Source: Opitutales bacterium | Lineage (GTDB): Bacteria; Verrucomicrobiota; Verrucomicrobiia; Opitutales; UBA2987 | Direction of reading: 5' to 3' | NCBI GenBank assembly: GCA_021772515.1 | Contig: JAJFLU010000048.1 | Location: 73,224-137,223 of the forward strand | DNA: 64,000 bases | In this document: positions 57,038-64,000 of the stretch, one piece after another | Numbering within the stretch: position 1 is the stretch's first letter | Layout of the letters: every line of letters starts with the position of its first letter | Notes under the pieces: generated by a model | Told to the model about the DNA's origin: nothing | What the model saw: the letters and a program-made list of their open reading frames with translations, nothing else | Databases searched by the model: none | Made by a program: the position numbers and the translations under genes

Positions 57038-57133
57038 TTACCCAAATTTATTCAGCCTATAAATGGGGTCAACCAGCAATCTTCCTTGTCATACGCAGCC
57101 GACCGGGTATTTTAGAGCGGTTTCAAATAATCG

Positions 57134-59638
57134 ATGAAGAAAAAAAAGAAGAAACAGGCGAAAGCTCGGAAAAAACCGACCTTTAAACCGAAAGATGCCC
57201 GGCCAAGGCCTGTGGCGGGGTTTCTCCTGCTGGCGGTGGCTGTTTTAACGCTGGTAGCCCTTTTGGATTACTCGCCCGAGCAGTTTCATACAACCGATGC
57301 GGAAGATAATCTGGTCGGGAAATTCGGTGTCTATTTTGCCGTTTACTCGTATCAGTTGGTGGGATTGTCCGCCCTGCTAATGCCCCTTTATCTGTTGTGG
57401 GGCAGTTATATGTACTTTTTTTCCGAGCGTCATAAAGTCGATAAAATAAAAATCGGGGCGATAGTCCTCGGTTTGGTTTCGAGCGCCGGATTTTTCGATG
57501 CCCTTGATATTAGCAATCTCAATCTGGATAAGTTTACAAATGGATCAGGGGGCTATTTTGGGGGGTTGCTCTTCAGCGATTTACTGGAAGATGGTCTGGG
57601 CCATTTTGGCGGCTTTCTTATCCTGATAACATTATTTGTAACCAGCACCGGGGTTATCTTAAGCGATAATCTTGGCAAAAATATAATCTCGCCCCGAAAG
57701 CTGTTTGATAGCTTCAAAACCAGGATGCGGGAGAAAGCAGCTCTTAAAAAGGAAGCTGGTCAGGCCAAGAAGGAGATTGAGAAGACAGAGGCAGCAAAAG
57801 AAAAAGCGTCTAAACCTAAACTTGAACCTGAACCTGTAAAAGCAAGCGAAACAAAGGCTGTTCCTGCGCCGAAAGCTGCCCCGAAGTTAATTAAAAAAAC
57901 CGACACCCCAAAAGCAAAAGAGAAAATAGATGATGGCCCGGTATCGGAGGAGGAACTTGAGCCAGATATCGGAGGCAGCGATTATCTAACCTCCTTTGGC
58001 TCCGGTAAAAAGTCCTCCAAAGCGGGTAAGGAAGACAAAAAGATGAAACCGGGCGGCTTGAAAATCATTGCCGGTGAGGAAACCAGGAAAGCCAAAGTGC
58101 CTCTGCCCGAGAAAAGGGGCGATTACCTTTTTCCTCCACTCAAATTGCTCAAAGATGTGCCGGTCCTTCCAGAATCGACAAGCGAGGACCACCAGTACAC
58201 GGCCCATACTTTGGAAAGGATCCTGGCTGAGTTTGGCGTAAAAGTGACGCTTGGGGAAATTCACACCGGCCCGGTCATCACCCGCTACGATGTGCATCCG
58301 GCGGCCGGAGTGCGGGTGGAAAAAATTATCAATCTGGACAAAAATATTGCGCTGGGGTTGAAGGCGACCTCGGTGCGGATTCTTGCCCCGGTTCCGGGCA
58401 AAGGGTGCGTGGGTATCGAGGTGCCGAACAAAACGGCGGTCACGGTGACCATTCGCGAAATTCTGGAATCGACCAGTTGGGCAGAGAGTAAGGCGGAGAT
58501 ACCAATCGCCCTTGGCCGCGAGGTGAGCGGCAAACCTCTCGTTGCTGATCTCTCCAAAATGCCCCACCTGCTGATTGCGGGGTCCACGGGCTCGGGGAAG
58601 ACTGTCTGCATCAACGCCATTATCACCTCGCTGCTTTTTCACTCGAGCCCGGAGGATGTGCGGTTCGTGATGGTGGATCCGAAGATTGTGGAAATGCAGT
58701 TTTTCAACGATTTACCGCATATGCTGATCCCGGTGGTAACCGATCCCAAGAAAGTCCCCGGGGCTCTCAAATATTTACTGGGCGAAATGGAAAAGCGCTA
58801 CCATATCTTTGCCAAGGAGGGGGTTCGCAACATCGCCTCTTTCAATGCGAAGAGGGCCAAGGATAAATCAGCCGTGGAAGCCGCCAAATTTCAGGAGTCC
58901 GATATGACGCCGGAGGAGCGGGCCGCCGTCAGCCAGGTAGTAGTGAAACGGGACGACGATATAGAGATTCCCAATAAACTGCCTTATATAGTCTGTATTG
59001 TGGACGAATTGGCCGACCTCATGATGGTCGCCCCGGCCGATATAGAGACCTGCGTGGCCCGGCTTGCCCAGTTGGCGCGCGCGGCGGGGATTCATTTGAT
59101 AATTGCGACCCAGCGCCCGTCGGTAAACGTCATCACCGGCGTTATCAAGGCCAACCTGCCCAGCCGGATCGCCTTCAAGGTGGCCTCCAAAGTGGATAGC
59201 CGAACAATTCTCGATTCAATGGGTGCGGATCACTTGATTGGAAATGGCGACATGCTCTTTTTGCCGCCGGGTTCAGCGGATATGGTGAGGTCTCAGGGGG
59301 CTTATGTGGCCGATGAGGAAATCAAAAATATCGTGGATTTTCTCAAACAGAATGGTCCCCCTGATATTGATGAAATGTTTCATCAAACGGTGGAGGCGGG
59401 AACCGAGGAGGATGGTGGAGAAGGTGGTTTAGACGAGGATCAGGATAAGTTGATGCCGCAGGCGATCGAGGTGTTGCGAACGACGAAACGGGCCTCGACC
59501 TCGATGCTTCAGCGGCGCCTCAAGATCGGCTACAATCGGGCGGCCCGAATTATGGAGCAACTGGAGGATAATGGGATCGTAGGGCCGGATAATGGTTCCA
59601 AACCGAGGGAGATTCTCATCGACCCCGATATGCTGTGA
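57134..59638 (+). CDS. ftsK: DNA translocase FtsK
   Basis: 834 aa. N-terminal TMs, Lys/Pro/Glu-rich linker, motor domain with Walker A GSTGSGKT, and a gamma wHTH domain (STSMLQRRLKIGYNRAARIMEQLE). Confidence 0.95.
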   Translation: MKKKKKKQAKARKKPTFKPKDARPRPVAGFLLLAVAVLTLVALLDYSPEQFHTTDAEDNLVGKFGVYFAVYSYQLVGLSALLMPLYLLWGSYMYFFSERHKVDKIKIGAIVLGLVSSAGFFDALDISNLNLDKFTNGSGGYFGGLLFSDLLEDGLGHFGGFLILITLFVTSTGVILSDNLGKNIISPRKLFDSFKTRMREKAALKKEAGQAKKEIEKTEAAKEKASKPKLEPEPVKASETKAVPAPKAAPKLIKKTDTPKAKEKIDDGPVSEEELEPDIGGSDYLTSFGSGKKSSKAGKEDKKMKPGGLKIIAGEETRKAKVPLPEKRGDYLFPPLKLLKDVPVLPESTSEDHQYTAHTLERILAEFGVKVTLGEIHTGPVITRYDVHPAAGVRVEKIINLDKNIALGLKATSVRILAPVPGKGCVGIEVPNKTAVTVTIREILESTSWAESKAEIPIALGREVSGKPLVADLSKMPHLLIAGSTGSGKTVCINAIITSLLFHSSPEDVRFVMVDPKIVEMQFFNDLPHMLIPVVTDPKKVPGALKYLLGEMEKRYHIFAKEGVRNIASFNAKRAKDKSAVEAAKFQESDMTPEERAAVSQVVVKRDDDIEIPNKLPYIVCIVDELADLMMVAPADIETCVARLAQLARAAGIHLIIATQRPSVNVITGVIKANLPSRIAFKVASKVDSRTILDSMGADHLIGNGDMLFLPPGSADMVRSQGAYVADEEIKNIVDFLKQNGPPDIDEMFHQTVEAGTEEDGGEGGLDEDQDKLMPQAIEVLRTTKRASTSMLQRRLKIGYNRAARIMEQLEDNGIVGPDNGSKPREILIDPDML

Positions 59639-59742
59639 GCCTCTCTTATCGATCCGGTGAAGTTTTTTTAGATTTAATGGCAATTTTTGATAATCCTCAT
59701 TGATTGCTTTGAGAAATTCCTCTATCGCATAAGAAAGTAATT

Positions 59743-60516
59743 ATGCAGACTATTGGAGAACGACTGGAAGAAGCCCGAAAACGACAGGGCATATCCCTGC
59801 GGGAAGCGGCTGATGCCACTAAGATTCGTGGAGAATTTCTCGATGCCATGGAGAACGACTCGATGGAAATTCCCCTGCAAGAGGTTTACCGGCGTGGGTT
59901 TCTCATCAATTACTCGAAGTTTTTAAAAATCGATCCGGTTAAAATATTAACGGATTACGATGCGCTGCAAATGGGCCGGAGTAAAAGCTCAAAGCATGGC
60001 AGGGGTGAGTATCTGGGCCACATGGAATTACCGGAGAAGGAAGTCCTGACCGATGCCCCGGACCTTTCCACACGGAATTACCAAAAAACAAAATCAGAGG
60101 CGGTCGACTGGGAGCCCTATTTGAAGGCCGCTCTCTTTTTTGGAGGAGTGGTGCTGGTTATTGCGATTTTGGTGCTGATTGTGAGACTCATCCTCCCCGG
60201 TTCATCTCCGCAGGTAAACCCGGAATTGCAGGAGAGCGGGAGCGCAACTGGAACTGCTACCGGTAGCGAATTGGCAGCAATTGCCGAGGAGGAGATCACT
60301 CTTATCGCCCTTGACGATGTCACAGTCACGGTCACGCAAATCAGTGACAGCCGTCTGTTGTTTACAGGGACTCTGGCCAAAGGTGAGACCAAAACGGTGA
60401 AAAAAAGAGGCGCCGTGCGGATAGGCTACACGGAGGGGGATTACCTCCTTTTACAAGAAGGTGAGCAAAAATATAAAATCGGCAAGCCGGGTGTCGGCAC
60501 CATCACCCGGGAGTAA
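59743..60516 (+). CDS. rodZ: RodZ-like HTH (XRE) membrane protein
   Basis: N-terminal HTH IGERLEEARKRQGISLREAADATKIR, a central TM (VVLVIAILVLIVRLIL) and a C-terminal beta-rich domain. Confidence 0.7.
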   Translation: MQTIGERLEEARKRQGISLREAADATKIRGEFLDAMENDSMEIPLQEVYRRGFLINYSKFLKIDPVKILTDYDALQMGRSKSSKHGRGEYLGHMELPEKEVLTDAPDLSTRNYQKTKSEAVDWEPYLKAALFFGGVVLVIAILVLIVRLILPGSSPQVNPELQESGSATGTATGSELAAIAEEEITLIALDDVTVTVTQISDSRLLFTGTLAKGETKTVKKRGAVRIGYTEGDYLLLQEGEQKYKIGKPGVGTITRE

Positions 60517-60949
60517 TTTGTTGTGCGCAGCGGCGGTGTAGGTGTAGGTCAAATTCCGGTGATTCTATTGCAGGATTTTGAGTTACTACCCTGGCGAAGA
60601 TGCGGGGGTTGTTGCCGATCTTCGGGCTGATTACAATTTCCACACTTTACTGCTTTATATTGGGGTAGAGGGGAGCAGGCAAAAAAGACGGATAATATAT
60701 TCTCCGCTTGTTAGGCACAGGTTTTTGTAGATAATCTTCGGATAGTTGACGTAACAAATCCGCAACTTATAGCTCCAGTCGATTTATTATTAACCACTAA
60801 ACACACGGATTTTCACGGATAGAGATCGAAAAGGCAGTAGTGAATTCTTTTTGAATTCCCTATATCACCATCAGTCAAGAATCAAGTAATGACCTCCTTT
60901 TGCTTCATTCGTTATTGCCATTAACTAAGGCTAACTGTCTTCCTGTCCT

Positions 60950-61198
60950 GTGATAGTGAAAAAGTGGATACATCACATTTTTTATTTTATGCGAAAAAAG
61001 AAAATAAAAGTGATGCAAGGGAAGAAAGAGTACCCTATTGAAGTGCTTGGTGTGGCGCAAACCAACGTCGCACAAATCCTTCGGACAGAGGCAATTATGG
61101 TTTTGACCGCAGAATCCGGCCTTTCAACAAAATTTGGAAAAAGGATCAACTATCACGAAATTAGCAAGCTAGAATTCAAGCCGGATAAATTTAGCTGA
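60950..61198 (+). CDS. Questionable small ORF upstream of cas3
   Basis: 82-aa track ORF in AT-rich DNA with several internal Met starts (e.g. MQGKKEYPIEVLG...). No SD and no recognisable domain. Confidence 0.2.
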   Translation: MIVKKWIHHIFYFMRKKKIKVMQGKKEYPIEVLGVAQTNVAQILRTEAIMVLTAESGLSTKFGKRINYHEISKLEFKPDKFS

Positions 61199-61231
61199 TT
61201 GCTTCACTCAACCCAAGTCGACAATCAATCC

Positions 61232-61260
61232 TTGACATCGTTATCTCAAGGCGCATCATA
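61232..61260 (+). promoter_or_regulatory. Candidate sigma70-like promoter giving a near-leaderless cas3 mRNA
   Basis: TTGACA (61232-61237), a 17-nt spacer, then ATCATA (61255-61260). The cas3 ATG is at 61271. The consensus is assumed from model bacteria and is unverified for this lineage. Confidence 0.3.
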
Positions 61261-61270
61261 ACGGGTTGCT

Positions 61271-63760
61271 ATGCACGACTCCGAGTCTTTTTCGGATTTT
61301 TTTCACACTGCGACTGGAAACCAACCCTACAGTTGGCAAACGCGCCTTGCCAGTGGTGAACTGGAATATCCAGTAGCAGAAGACGTTAGCTGTGCATCGC
61401 TCCTCATCGACATCCCCACCGGTTTGGGTAAGACCGCCGGGGTCGTCCTTGCCTGGATTTGGAACCGCGTTATTCTCCAGCGCCGAGACTGGCCCCGACG
61501 ACTCATTTACTGCCTGCCCATGCGTACGCTGGTCGAGCAAACATCGGGCAGCGTGGATGAATGGCTTGGTGCATTGATTAAAAAATACCCCAAAAATGAA
61601 GAGCTTCAGTGGCTAAAGAATCACTCCCCCATCATCCTCATGGGCGGCGAGGAGCACGACGAGGCGCGACGAGATTGGGACCTCTACCCCGAGCGGGCGG
61701 CCATCCTCATCGGCACGCAGGATATGCTGCTCTCCCGCGCTCTCAACCGAGGCTATGGCATGAGCCGCTACCGCTGGCCCATGCACTTCGGGCTGCTCAA
61801 TAACGATTGCCTGTGGATCATGGATGAAACTCAGTTGATGGGCGTGGGTATTGAAACCAGTGCGCAACTGGCGGGACTCCGCGAAAAGCTGAAAACGCAG
61901 TTTGCTGCCCAGACATGGTGGATGAGCGCTACGCTCGACCGAGAGCGGTTCAATACCGTGGACTTCATCGATACGGTAGCAAAGAGCCTTGCCACACATC
62001 AGCTCTCCGAGATTGACCGCAGTGCCCCCCCGGTTTGTGAGCGGATCAAGGCCACCAAATCCCTCGAAAAAGCGCCTATCGCTCCTTATGAAAAGGCCGC
62101 CAATTTGAAAAAATACGCCCAGGTAGTCGCCGACTTCGCCCTCGATAAACACAGGGCCGGTACTTTGACGCTTATCATTGTCAATCGCGTAAACCGGGCG
62201 CAGGAAATCAGAAAAGCGTTGGCCAAACTTAACCCCGGATTCCAGGTTGGGCTGATTCATTCCCGTTTCCGCCCTCTGGACCGCGCGAAACAAGAGCCTA
62301 TTTTGAAAGCCGAAGGTGACCGCATCGTCGTGGCGACTCAGGCCGTCGAGGCGGGGGTGGATGTGTCCGCCGCCACCCTCATCACCGAACTGGCCCCCTG
62401 GCCGTCGCTGGTGCAGCGTTTCGGGCGATGTAATCGCGACGGGCGTTGTCAGGATGGTGGCCAAATTTTCTGGATCAACCTTCAACCCAAAGATGAAAAA
62501 GACGACCGCGTCCTCCCCTACACCTTGGGCGAATTACGCACCGCGACTTCTCTCCTTTCAAACCACACCTGCGCTTCGCCCGAATCCCTCTCAAAAATAG
62601 ACTACGAACCCCCGCCCGTAATCCGTCCCGTCCTCCGTCGCAAAGACCTCATTGATCTCTTTGACACCACTCCCGACCTGAGCGGTAACGATATCGATAT
62701 CTCCCGCTACGTGCGCGATTCCACCGAAGTCGCTGATGTTCAAGTCTTTTGGCGGAAGATCGATCCAGCAGATAAGGAAAAAACGGACAAGGAGTGGTCC
62801 CGGCCTGATCGCAGGGAATTATGCCGCGTTTCCATTACCGATATCCGAAAATTCGCCAAAAAGAAATTGTCGATTTTCCTCTGGAACGGTCTATCCGAGC
62901 AATGGGAACCTCTGAGCCAACAGGCAATCGCACCCGGATCCATCTACATTTTACCTTATTCTGACGGTGGTTATAGCGCCTCTCTCGGCTGGACAGGCAA
63001 CACTAAGGATTTGCTGACCGCTGTAGATATCCCGGAAGTGAATTCTTCTATGCCGGACGCACTCAATCGAGACCCGGGATGTTTCCTCGGAGAATGGGTA
63101 TCGCTGAAGCAGCATCAATGGGACGTTGAAACCTATATGGCAAAAATTCTAGACAACCTGGCGATGGACTCGGACCTCAACGAAACGCTCATTACTGCAG
63201 CCCGATGGCACGATGTCGGAAAAGCACATGAGGTTTTCCAAGACATGCTAAAGACCGGAGGCCCTCCCCCTGATCCTGATAAAAAATTACATTGGGCCAA
63301 ATCCGAAAAATCGGGCAGAATTAAGGACAAAAAACGGCGCGGATTTCGCCACGAACTCGCCTCCGCCCTCGCATGGCTCCAAAATGCCTCGGACAACCAG
63401 CCGGATACCAACCTGATAGCTTTCCTGATCGCCGCCCATCATGGGAAAATCCGCCTCTCCATCCGTTCCATGCCCAATGAAGTAGGGCCGGAAGATGAAA
63501 CCAACACGGACAGACTCTTCGCGCGCGGAGTATGGGATGGCGACGATCTCCAGGAAGTGGAACTCAGCAATGGCGAAACAGCCGCCAGCTGTGTGCTCGA
63601 CCTCTCCTGTATGCAACTGGGGAAATCGGACTCCGGCCCCTCCTGGCTCGCCCGCATGACCCACCTCCGCGACAGCAAAGGGCCATTTCGCCTCACCCAC
63701 CTCGAAACCCTCCTCCGCGCCGCCGACGCCCGAGGGTCCAAATATCCAAATACAAGATGA
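61271..63760 (+). CDS. cas3: CRISPR-associated helicase/nuclease Cas3 with C-terminal HD domain (type I-G / former I-U architecture)
   Basis: 829 aa. SF2 helicase motifs: PTGLGKT (nt ~61415-61435), IMDETQL, QRFGRCNR. C-terminal HD nuclease motifs: WHDVGK (HD codons 63209-63214), RHELAS, AAHHGK, LLRAADARG. Confidence 0.85.
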   Translation: MHDSESFSDFFHTATGNQPYSWQTRLASGELEYPVAEDVSCASLLIDIPTGLGKTAGVVLAWIWNRVILQRRDWPRRLIYCLPMRTLVEQTSGSVDEWLGALIKKYPKNEELQWLKNHSPIILMGGEEHDEARRDWDLYPERAAILIGTQDMLLSRALNRGYGMSRYRWPMHFGLLNNDCLWIMDETQLMGVGIETSAQLAGLREKLKTQFAAQTWWMSATLDRERFNTVDFIDTVAKSLATHQLSEIDRSAPPVCERIKATKSLEKAPIAPYEKAANLKKYAQVVADFALDKHRAGTLTLIIVNRVNRAQEIRKALAKLNPGFQVGLIHSRFRPLDRAKQEPILKAEGDRIVVATQAVEAGVDVSAATLITELAPWPSLVQRFGRCNRDGRCQDGGQIFWINLQPKDEKDDRVLPYTLGELRTATSLLSNHTCASPESLSKIDYEPPPVIRPVLRRKDLIDLFDTTPDLSGNDIDISRYVRDSTEVADVQVFWRKIDPADKEKTDKEWSRPDRRELCRVSITDIRKFAKKKLSIFLWNGLSEQWEPLSQQAIAPGSIYILPYSDGGYSASLGWTGNTKDLLTAVDIPEVNSSMPDALNRDPGCFLGEWVSLKQHQWDVETYMAKILDNLAMDSDLNETLITAARWHDVGKAHEVFQDMLKTGGPPPDPDKKLHWAKSEKSGRIKDKKRRGFRHELASALAWLQNASDNQPDTNLIAFLIAAHHGKIRLSIRSMPNEVGPEDETNTDRLFARGVWDGDDLQEVELSNGETAASCVLDLSCMQLGKSDSGPSWLARMTHLRDSKGPFRLTHLETLLRAADARGSKYPNTR

Positions 63761-63763
63761 AAA

Positions 63764-63872
63764 AATCAAGCTCAGACGGAGTCAGGGGCCGCGAAAATTC
63801 GCGGACCTGTGGTGTTTTTGGTTTAGAATTCCAAAAATACTCGTGCTTCAAAGGGGCCGCTTGAGCTTGATT
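63764..63872. repeat. 109-nt segment bounded by a perfect 11-bp inverted repeat
   Basis: AATCAAGCTCA (63764-63774) and TGAGCTTGATT (63862-63872). An internal 9-nt direct repeat AGGGGCCGC occurs at 63784-63792 and 63852-63860. Confidence 0.6.
63783..63824 (+). terminator. Candidate intrinsic terminator after cas3
   Basis: Hairpin CAGG-G-GCCGCGAA/AA/TTCGCGG-A-CCTG (63783-63809) followed after 5 nt by TTTTTGGTTT (63815-63824). Confidence 0.4.
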
Positions 63873-64000
63873 GCTATAAGAATGATATTGAAAAACATCA
63901 TATCAAGCATAAATTTTTTCCGATTCCTTAAATTCTCGTAAATCACTTGACTTTTACAGCGCATTCCACTTTCATCCGAACTTGGAATCATTAACCATGA

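Noticed and set aside
55212-57133. Search for a CIRCE (HrcA) operator upstream of grpE-dnaJ
   Set aside because: No TTAGCACTC-N9-GAGTGCTAA-like inverted repeat occurs in the short gap before grpE or in the 96-bp region upstream of manA. No hrcA or dnaK gene is in the window either.
60517-61270. Possible CRISPR array or degenerate leader/repeat units upstream of cas3
   Set aside because: Reading the whole gap shows no repeat of 25-40 nt recurring at regular spacing. Only trivial short duplications occur (GGTGTA x2 near 60545, CACGGAT x2 near 60800).
63532-63864. 110-aa + strand ORF spanning the cas3 3' end and the downstream IR element
   Set aside because: It is out of frame with and mostly inside cas3. 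Its translation is Pro/Arg-rich, and its tail merely reads through the structured non-coding element.

Overview
Chromosomal window with a core of roughly mid-50s % GC by eye and several visibly AT-richer patches. Gene content suggests a marine Verrucomicrobiota/PVC-type heterotroph: GldA/F/G-like ABC genes plus DUF4340, many TPR proteins, a TatT-type TRAP system, and frequent TTG starts with weak SD. This placement is inference only. I call about 58 protein genes and one tRNA-Pro(CGG). I see no rRNA, CRISPR array, transposase or integrase. Backbone genes: a 10-gene plus-strand aromatic operon (Rieske oxygenase, glutamine-synthetase-like ligase, then pcaI-J-F-H-G-B-D-C, the complete protocatechuate 3,4-cleavage/beta-ketoadipate branch); clpP; an MFS-TPR-TPR-ExbB operon; proA; nadC-birA-coaX; an ABC(GldAFG-like)-DUF4340-AsmA-like envelope cluster; a TatT-DctP-DctQM TRAP system; accBC-asp23; grpE-dnaJ; manA; ftsK; a rodZ-like gene. 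Parts worth a second look: (i) At the AT-rich left edge, facing the 3' end of tRNA-Pro, sit two tandem HEPN-type genes (Zn-ribbon+DUF4145, and an Rx4H protein) plus a partial DUF2971 gene. This is a candidate unnamed defence module, cut by the window edge. (ii) A ~1.9-kb AT-rich insert is bounded by 56-nt imperfect direct repeats that duplicate the 3' end of exbB. It carries a single AlbA_2/Schlafen-like + HATPase_c_4 gene and no integrase. (iii) At the right edge is a Cas3 helicase with a C-terminal HD domain (type I-G/I-U architecture), behind a 750-bp AT-rich gap, with no array or other cas gene in view. (iv) The Rieske + GS-like pair is joined to the pca operon, suggesting a gamma-glutamylation-dependent funnel for an aromatic amine into protocatechuate. 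(v) An S9 peptidase homologue has lost all three catalytic residues. All family calls come from motif recognition by eye; no database search was possible.
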